This document shows positions 16,724 to 22,637 of a stretch of DNA of 22,637 nt, in pieces. Positions within the stretch are counted from its first letter, which is position 1. Each line of letters starts with the position of its first letter. The notes under the pieces were generated by a model. The model was not told the origin of the DNA and ran no database searches. It worked only from the letters and a program-made list of their open reading frames with translations. A program made the translations under genes and the position numbers. Source of the DNA: a virus (lineage: Duplodnaviria > Heunggongvirae > Uroviricota > Caudoviricetes); IMG/VR virus record IMGVR_UViG_3300028888_000071, positions 1 through 22,637 of that record, one strand, 5' to 3'.

Positions 16724-16724
16724 T

Positions 16725-16973
16725 ATGTTCAGCGACAATGGTATATTGAAAGAAGCAGTCATCCCATCTAAACATAGCTGGGAACCAGCAATGGATATGT
16801 TAGCATGGTCGTTGCAAGAAGAGATAACAAAGCAGATAAATGAAGAGATACTAAAAAGATTAGAAGAGATGAAGATGCAAATGACAATACCAAAAGAAAG
16901 GATGGAAAAAATACTTAAAGAAAGAATGGAAATTTTATTTGAAGAAAAATGTTCAGTACAGAAGGAATTCTAA
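16725..16973 (+). CDS. Hypothetical small helical protein (82 aa)
   Basis: It starts 1 nt after the previous stop. The N-terminus MFSDNGILKE is shared in pattern with the next gene. Confidence 0.6.
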   Translation: MFSDNGILKEAVIPSKHSWEPAMDMLAWSLQEEITKQINEEILKRLEEMKMQMTIPKERMEKILKERMEILFEEKCSVQKEF

Positions 16974-17176
16974 AAGAAATAATAAAAGAAAAACAGGAAG
17001 AAACAAATTCGACATTTTCTTTTATAGGTTGTATTGGTGCTTTTACTGAACTTCCTGAAGCATCTGAAAAACACAACGGCAAGATATGTATAGTGGATAT
17101 AAAAGATGGATATGAAATGTATGTATGCATAAACTCTTGCTGGAAAAAAATCGAAACGACGCTTATTACAACATAA
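16949..17176 (+). CDS. Hypothetical small protein (75 aa)
   Basis: N-terminus MFSTEGILKE. It ends 11 nt before the thioredoxin start. Confidence 0.6.
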   Translation: MFSTEGILKEIIKEKQEETNSTFSFIGCIGAFTELPEASEKHNGKICIVDIKDGYEMYVCINSCWKKIETTLITT

Positions 17177-17187
17177 TATTAAAGAAT

Positions 17188-17493
17188 ATGAAACCAATTG
17201 ATTTGACAGACGAAACAATCACTTCATTCATTGAAGAAAACGAGAAGGTGCTTATTGACTTTCATGCGCCTTGGTGCGGGCCTTGCAGAGCGATGTCCGC
17301 CACAATTGATGAGATAGCAGAAAGCTACCCTGACTTCGCCATCGGGAAATGTGATGTCGACGAGAACGCGAAAGCCGCAGAAATGTTCGGCGTGCTGAAT
17401 CTCCCGTTCATTGCATTGATTGAGAATGGAGAACTTGTGGCGACTGCTGTCGGACTTCAGACAAAAGAGAATCTAGAAAAAATGCTTGCATAA
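17188..17493 (+). CDS. trxA: Thioredoxin
   Basis: It has the WCGPC active site (DFHAPWCGPCR), KCDVDEN and cis-Pro LP. The start is reassigned to ATG 17188, giving 101 aa. Confidence 0.95.
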   Translation: MKPIDLTDETITSFIEENEKVLIDFHAPWCGPCRAMSATIDEIAESYPDFAIGKCDVDENAKAAEMFGVLNLPFIALIENGELVATAVGLQTKENLEKMLA

Positions 17494-17518
17494 TTTCAAT
17501 CTGCTGTATTTGTTTATG

Positions 17519-17554
17519 AAAGCTTGGAGATCTGTTAATTTCCAAGCTTTTTTT
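17519..17554 (+). terminator. Rho-independent terminator
   Basis: A 10-bp stem, AAAGCTTGGA / TCCAAGCTTT, is followed by a T tract and lies downstream of the thioredoxin gene. Confidence 0.85.
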
Positions 17555-17590
17555 ATTATTTTATATTGTCTAATATATAATTGATGCAAT

Positions 17591-18931
17591 ATGAATATCG
17601 CAATTGGGAAGGTTGGCAAAGCAGTCAATTTCAAGCAGAAAGAAGGATTCAAACTGAATGTCGGCACAGACAGCGCTGTCGTGTTCATGTCGCTTCTCGC
17701 AAGAATGAATCCCGACTACAAGTTCTATCTCATTGGACCGAATGACTTGCCAAAACTTAATGCGAAAGAATACGAGACATATTTCCCTGACAAGAACATG
17801 TTCAGTGTGTTTGAATACCACAAAGAAGCTGATGAACCATACCGGTACATATGTGACAATTTAGACAAGATTGGAGTCAAAATTGACTTCGGGATTTTCA
17901 TGCTTGGTGTCGTCACTATGATGTCAGTTCCTAAATTCTTGAAGAAAGAAGATGGCACTTACTGCAATTTGCTGCAGTCTGCTGAAAAATATGGCGGACC
18001 TTATGTTGATTTTCTAAACAGGTCAAACATACCCTGGTACATTGTTTCTGAAGACGCACGATACATCACATTGAACTCAAAAGACTTGTTGAACATGCCA
18101 AGAATGAGTCTCACTCAGATAAATGGGGTGTTCAACTCTGGTGCTCACATACAAGACAAAGATGACATCGTCATACATCACCCGCATAATTGGAAATATG
18201 TCCCGATAACAGCAAAGTACTGTCATATAGAGAAGATGTTTCTCAATGGAGTGTCGCCAAATTTTAGAGACAATATTGACATTAAACGGAAACTAAAGTC
18301 AAAAGATCATCATCTAGTCATTCTGTCAAACGGGCATGGCATTGTTGAAATCAATAGTCCATACAAGTCATCTGACCGTTTGGACACTTATGTGAAATGG
18401 ATAAACGATTTGAAGGGAACAAGATACGAAGACACTATGATTTATGGCAAATGGGACGATGATGTTGCTGCGCAATATGATTTCATTGAGCAGAGAATGA
18501 TTCCTGACTTGAAAGAAGAAATCGCAGACGCAAAATACTCATTCGTCTATTCTGTTGCTTCAGGTTTCGTCACAATCAAGCCATATGAAATGATAACGCT
18601 TGGACTCATACCATTCTTGCATCCTGATTACGATCCAAAGCGCCTTCTTAAATTCCCAGACTTCTTGTATGTAAAAGACGCGAATGATTTAGTGAAGAAG
18701 ATGGAATATCTTGATGCCAATGATGACAAATACAAGAAACTGCTGGATGTATGTTTCAGTTTGATAAAGCCAGAATATCTTGACGGCCGTCTTGTGAACA
18801 ACGAGATATTCACGACTATTGCAGATGACTTGGGATTTGGATATGTGCCAAAGGAGAATGGCGTAAAGAATGTGATTGACAGACTTGATGGTTTTAATTC
18901 AACGAGCAAAAAAGTTCTAAAACTATTCTAA
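17591..18931 (+). CDS. GT-B glycosyltransferase, T4 DNA beta-glucosyltransferase-like (copy 1)
   Basis: MNIAIGKVG resembles BGT MKIAIINMG. SEDARY resembles FTDIRL (catalytic Asp100-x-Arg). FVTIKPYE resembles FITLRVWE (R269/E272). FLHPDYD..LYVKDANDL resembles LIDEEFD..FYVNNRAEL. Confidence 0.75.
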   Translation: MNIAIGKVGKAVNFKQKEGFKLNVGTDSAVVFMSLLARMNPDYKFYLIGPNDLPKLNAKEYETYFPDKNMFSVFEYHKEADEPYRYICDNLDKIGVKIDFGIFMLGVVTMMSVPKFLKKEDGTYCNLLQSAEKYGGPYVDFLNRSNIPWYIVSEDARYITLNSKDLLNMPRMSLTQINGVFNSGAHIQDKDDIVIHHPHNWKYVPITAKYCHIEKMFLNGVSPNFRDNIDIKRKLKSKDHHLVILSNGHGIVEINSPYKSSDRLDTYVKWINDLKGTRYEDTMIYGKWDDDVAAQYDFIEQRMIPDLKEEIADAKYSFVYSVASGFVTIKPYEMITLGLIPFLHPDYDPKRLLKFPDFLYVKDANDLVKKMEYLDANDDKYKKLLDVCFSLIKPEYLDGRLVNNEIFTTIADDLGFGYVPKENGVKNVIDRLDGFNSTSKKVLKLF

Positions 18932-18932
18932 T

Positions 18933-19721
18933 ATGAACAAATTGAATTTGCATGTTGTCATGCCAATGGCTGGTGAAGGGCAGCGGTTCAAGAAAGAGGG
19001 ATATGCTATAGCAAAACCATTGATTGAGATTGATGGCATGACTATTTACGAGAAAGCATTGTCAAGTCTTGATGATTTCTCCGCAAAGCATCCAGAATGC
19101 AATATAAGTCATACATTCATTGTGAGAGAAGAGTTCAAGGAAGACAATATTGGAGAAAAAATTCATTCTATTTTTCCTGATGCTAACATCATATATGTTG
19201 AAAAGACGACAAACGGTGCTCTTGAAACAAGTTATCTTGCTGTGCCATATATAAAAGATGACGAGGGCGTCATCCTGATGGACTGTGACATGTATTTCCA
19301 ATGCCAGTCTTTTGTCGAAACAGTGAAACAGCAACTTGCAACAGGCAACCCAAATCCATGTCTTCTAACTTTTGATGAGACAAATCCGAGATTCTCTTAT
19401 GTGTCTATCAATGAGAATGGATTCGCGAAAGAAGTGGTAGAAAAACAGCCAATTTCTAACAATGCGATTTTGGGCTGCTATTTTGCCGGATCTGGACATC
19501 TGTTCAAGACAATGACAGAAAAAGTCATAGAAGACTGGCATGACAAGAAAATAGAATCGAAAGAAATCTACACTTCACTGCTGTTCAATGTATATTCAAA
19601 AACCTGCAGCGTGAATGTCATCAAAATAGACGAAAGCAAAGGAGAGCACTATGTGTCAATGGGCACTCCTGAAGAATTTGAAAAAGCAAAAACATTTTTT
19701 AACAGTACATATACGATATGA
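18933..19721 (+). CDS. BcbE-like NTP-transferase / GT-A fold protein
   Basis: VVMPMAGEGQRFKKEGY..KPLIEIDG, TNGALET, ILMDCD, FSYV, VEKQPISNNAILGCY and YVSMGTPEE form the pattern of the GT2_BcbE-like sugar-nucleotidyltransferase family. Confidence 0.82.
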   Translation: MNKLNLHVVMPMAGEGQRFKKEGYAIAKPLIEIDGMTIYEKALSSLDDFSAKHPECNISHTFIVREEFKEDNIGEKIHSIFPDANIIYVEKTTNGALETSYLAVPYIKDDEGVILMDCDMYFQCQSFVETVKQQLATGNPNPCLLTFDETNPRFSYVSINENGFAKEVVEKQPISNNAILGCYFAGSGHLFKTMTEKVIEDWHDKKIESKEIYTSLLFNVYSKTCSVNVIKIDESKGEHYVSMGTPEEFEKAKTFFNSTYTI

Positions 19722-21091
19722 ATATACTAATAGGAAAAATAGGAAAGTCAGTAAAATTCAAGAATTTAGACATAATGTATGGCGATGACGCGCCAGCAGT
19801 GTTTTATTCTACAATGAGCAGAATACTTCCCGAGCACAATTTCTATTTTTGTGGGCCAAGTGATTTCAACAAGCTGACTCAGAAAGAAAGAGATTTTCTG
19901 TTTCCAAACAAGAATGTTTTTTCTTGTTTTAGAGATGGATATCCGCTTGATGAGAATGATCCTGAACTTGTAAGCTATGACTCTATTGTAGACTATCTTG
20001 AAGAGCAGGACATCAAGATTGATTTTGCTCTCATCTTCATTGGCTATTGCGGGAATCATGTGATTTGCAACTGCACTAAAAACCCGAAGACTGGAAAATA
20101 CTACATCATTTTGAATGCGTTCAAACGCTATGCAGGCCCATACGTCAACACGATAAACAAACTCGGCTGCCCGTTCTACACTATTGCAGAAGATGCGAGA
20201 TATCTTACAGTGAACACAGCAGAAATGTTCAACCGTGAACGATATGTTTTCACACAATGCACTGAAAGATATCTCACTCCCTTATATCCACATATAACAT
20301 CTTATGAAGACCACACCTTCATTACAGACAGTAAAGTCAAATGCGGATACGGTGGAGTTGAGAAAATTTTTATGATGGCGCTCAACAAGAATTGGAAAGA
20401 AAAAATCGACATTGAACGGAAACTCAACAACACGAAGAATCCGAAATGCATAGTCCTGTCAAACGGCCACGGAGCTAACAAACTCAACACTGGGGCTGTA
20501 GTCCATAATGCGAGGTTGAATGAATACAAAAAATATGTACTTGACAACTTCAAAGGAACAGAATTCGAGAACACGAAAATCTATGGCATATGGGACGATG
20601 AAATATATGAAAAGTATCCAATGATTCAGAAAAAGGGAATCATTGATTTGGACGATGAGATTGCTGACGCAAAATACACGTTTGTGTATTCAATCATTCC
20701 AGGATTTGTCACTGTCAAAGCTTATGAAATGATAACACTTGGACTCATACCGTTCTTGCACCCAGACTATGACAAAGACAATCTGCTGCAGTTGCCGAAG
20801 TTCTTGTACACGACAGGTCCTGATGATTTCTTGAAAAAGATAGAAGCACTTGAAAGACATCCGGACAAATACCAGCAACTTCTCAATAGATGTTTTGAGT
20901 GCATAAAACCAGAATATCTTGATGGAAGTTATTTGGTGAACAACATAATGTCAAAGATTGCTGATGACTTGGAATTTGAATATGAACCGCACAAGGGAGT
21001 TGAAGCAATTTTGGACCATTTCAACAAGAATATAGTAAATCCAACTGAATCTAAGAAAACTAATAATCCACCTGTAAAAAAATTATTCTAA
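19718..21091 (+). CDS. GT-B glycosyltransferase, T4 DNA beta-glucosyltransferase-like (copy 2, paralog of 17591..18931)
   Basis: It has the same BGT-like motifs (AEDARY, FVTVKAYE) and shares long identical blocks with copy 1 (SNGHG, EIADAKY, YEMITLGLIPFLHPDYD, IKPEYLDG). Confidence 0.75.
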   Translation: MNILIGKIGKSVKFKNLDIMYGDDAPAVFYSTMSRILPEHNFYFCGPSDFNKLTQKERDFLFPNKNVFSCFRDGYPLDENDPELVSYDSIVDYLEEQDIKIDFALIFIGYCGNHVICNCTKNPKTGKYYIILNAFKRYAGPYVNTINKLGCPFYTIAEDARYLTVNTAEMFNRERYVFTQCTERYLTPLYPHITSYEDHTFITDSKVKCGYGGVEKIFMMALNKNWKEKIDIERKLNNTKNPKCIVLSNGHGANKLNTGAVVHNARLNEYKKYVLDNFKGTEFENTKIYGIWDDEIYEKYPMIQKKGIIDLDDEIADAKYTFVYSIIPGFVTVKAYEMITLGLIPFLHPDYDKDNLLQLPKFLYTTGPDDFLKKIEALERHPDKYQQLLNRCFECIKPEYLDGSYLVNNIMSKIADDLEFEYEPHKGVEAILDHFNKNIVNPTESKKTNNPPVKKLF

Positions 21092-21092
21092 T

Positions 21093-21521
21093 ATGGAAAA
21101 TAAAGTATATGAGACAAAGGGCTGTCCGAACAAACTTGTCATCGATTTAGATGACACTCTGTCTTATACGATAAATGGTGATTACGAAAACAGCAAACCA
21201 ATCTGGCCAGTCATTGAAAGATTAAAAGAATACAAGCAGAAAGGATTCCAAATTGTAATCTATTCAAGTCGGCAGATGAGAACTTACAACGGACAAATTG
21301 GACTAATCAACATTCATACATTGCCGAACATCATTGATTGGCTAAAAAAGAATGATGTTCCGTTTGATGAGATAATTGTCGGCAAACCCTGGTGTGGATT
21401 TGATGGGTGGTATATTGATGACAAAGCAATTCGTCCATCAGAGTTTTTAGACATGTCTCAAGAGGAGATTGAAAACTTGCTCGCAAAAGAAAAACAACAT
21501 AATAGAAGTTTAGCAAAATGA
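21093..21521 (+). CDS. BcbF/EcbF-like HAD-IIIC phosphatase (capsule-biosynthesis phosphatase family)
   Basis: HAD motif I is VIDLDDT, motif II is YSSRQMRTY and motif IV is YIDDKAIRPSEF. The family signature is IHTLP..IIDWL..VPFDEIIVGKPWCG. Confidence 0.9.
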   Translation: MENKVYETKGCPNKLVIDLDDTLSYTINGDYENSKPIWPVIERLKEYKQKGFQIVIYSSRQMRTYNGQIGLINIHTLPNIIDWLKKNDVPFDEIIVGKPWCGFDGWYIDDKAIRPSEFLDMSQEEIENLLAKEKQHNRSLAK

Positions 21522-22637
21522 TACTTATAAATTCAGCAGCTTACATAAACTCGGATCTTGTTTCTGAATTTGGCAAATTGCCGCCAGCACTGTTGCCGGT
21601 CCAGAACAAGAGACTATATGAACATCAAGCAGAATTGTTGAAAACTAAATGGCCAAATGAAGTCATTTATATGACATTCCCGCAAAGCTATTCTTCGGAA
21701 ATGTCAGAATATGACAAAATAAAACTGAATGAACTTGGAATTGCTCCAATCTACATCCAAGATGATCTAAATCTTGGTCAAGCTATTGTCTATACACTCA
21801 ATTGCCTTGGAAAGTATGACGAAAATCTCATAATGCTGCATGGCGACACATTGTTTGATGAGTTGTTTGTCGATTCTGATGGATTTTCTTGTTCTGACTA
21901 TATTGATGACAACTATCACTGGGATAAGCTAAATGATAAAGTAAACACAATATTTACTGGATATTTTATCATAAACAGCCAGTATGAGTATATACGGCAG
22001 TTGACTGTGTGCAATTATGATTTCATAAAAGCCACAATCAACTATATGAAAGTCCCTGATGCAAAAGCAGTTCATCTCAAAGGATGGAAAGATTTCGGGC
22101 ACATAAACACATATTACCGTTCTATTTCTAAAATGACTACTGAGCGTTCTTTCAACTCACTCAAAGTTGTCAAGAACTGCATAATGTGCAAGAGCAGCAC
22201 TGACTTCAACAAGATGGAAGCTGAGCAGAACTGGTTCAACACAATTCCAGAAGAACTGCAGTGCTACACTCCAAAGATGTACAACCATATAGAAATCGAC
22301 AAGCCCGCGGATAAGAAGCAGTACTGCATGGAGTATATGTATCTTCCGTCATTGGCAAACTTGTTTGTTTTTGGCAACAATCCAGCTTTTGTCTGGAAAG
22401 ACATAATCGGCGCATGCAAAGACTACATTGATGAAGAATATGTCCAAGCATCAACACCGTTCCACACTGAACAATGGAAAAGACATGACATTGTGTCACA
22501 AAACGACAAGATGTACTATAACAAGACGTTGAAACGTCTGAAAGACACGGACATTGACTTGCAGACAACATGGAAAATAAATGGTGTGGAAACTCCTTCC
22601 ATCCAAGAAATATTGACTGAATTGGACAATGACATCA
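21518..22637 (+). CDS. BcbG-like NTP-transferase / kinase-fold fusion (3' partial, missing from the ORF track)
   Basis: The ATG overlaps the phosphatase stop (ATGA) and the frame is open to the window end. Hand translation includes MILINSAAYINSDLVSEFGKLPPALLPVQNKRLYEHQ, LHGDTLF, WKDFGHINTYY, TTERSFN, KMEAEQNWF and EYMYLPSLANLFVFG. Confidence 0.85.
   Translation, partial: MILINSAAYINSDLVSEFGKLPPALLPVQNKRLYEHQAELLKTKWPNEVIYMTFPQSYSSEMSEYDKIKLNELGIAPIYIQDDLNLGQAIVYTLNCLGKYDENLIMLHGDTLFDELFVDSDGFSCSDYIDDNYHWDKLNDKVNTIFTGYFIINSQYEYIRQLTVCNYDFIKATINYMKVPDAKAVHLKGWKDFGHINTYYRSISKMTTERSFNSLKVVKNCIMCKSSTDFNKMEAEQNWFNTIPEELQCYTPKMYNHIEIDKPADKKQYCMEYMYLPSLANLFVFGNNPAFVWKDIIGACKDYIDEEYVQASTPFHTEQWKRHDIVSQNDKMYYNKTLKRLKDTDIDLQTTWKINGVETPSIQEILTELDNDI

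Noticed and set aside
22236-22571. 111-aa minus-strand ORF and other short antisense ORFs within large genes
   Set aside because: They lie antisense to well-supported coding frames (here the BcbG-like gene) and have no recognisable motifs.
1-22637. TAG stop-codon reassignment (genetic code 15) as in Lak megaphages
   Set aside because: ORFs of 446-663 aa, including late genes, are intact under code 11. TAG ends the genes at 2720, 6669 and 14087 at sensible positions, two of them just before terminators.

Overview
This window looks like part of a large T4-like (jumbo or mega) myovirus genome using the standard genetic code. The host is probably a Bacteroidota gut or rumen bacterium, inferred from the absence of Shine-Dalgarno motifs, A-rich starts and a Bacteroidota-style mini-lipoprotein. 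Recognisable core genes are a UvsW helicase (5' partial), a gp55-like late sigma factor with matching TATAAATA late promoters, a T4 RNase H-like 5'-3' exonuclease, a probable gp62-like clamp-loader subunit, a GroES co-chaperonin, thymidine kinase, thioredoxin, a NUDIX hydrolase and an M16 zinc peptidase, plus several probable virion proteins. The most striking part is the last 5 kb. It is a tightly coupled operon of two paralogous T4 beta-glucosyltransferase-like enzymes interleaved with a BcbE/BcbF/BcbG-like triad (NTP-transferase fold, HAD phosphatase, NTP-transferase/kinase fusion) that is normally found in bacterial capsule loci. This is a candidate pathway for making an unusual sugar donor and glycosylating phage DNA. 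Other notable items are a ~300-bp internally deleted TnpB-like remnant between duplicated late promoters, proteins with T4 capsid-targeting-like N-termini, and a degenerate RNA-ligase-like domain fused to a long acidic tail. All family assignments come from motifs recognised by eye, with no database searches. I saw no tRNA, rRNA or CRISPR array.
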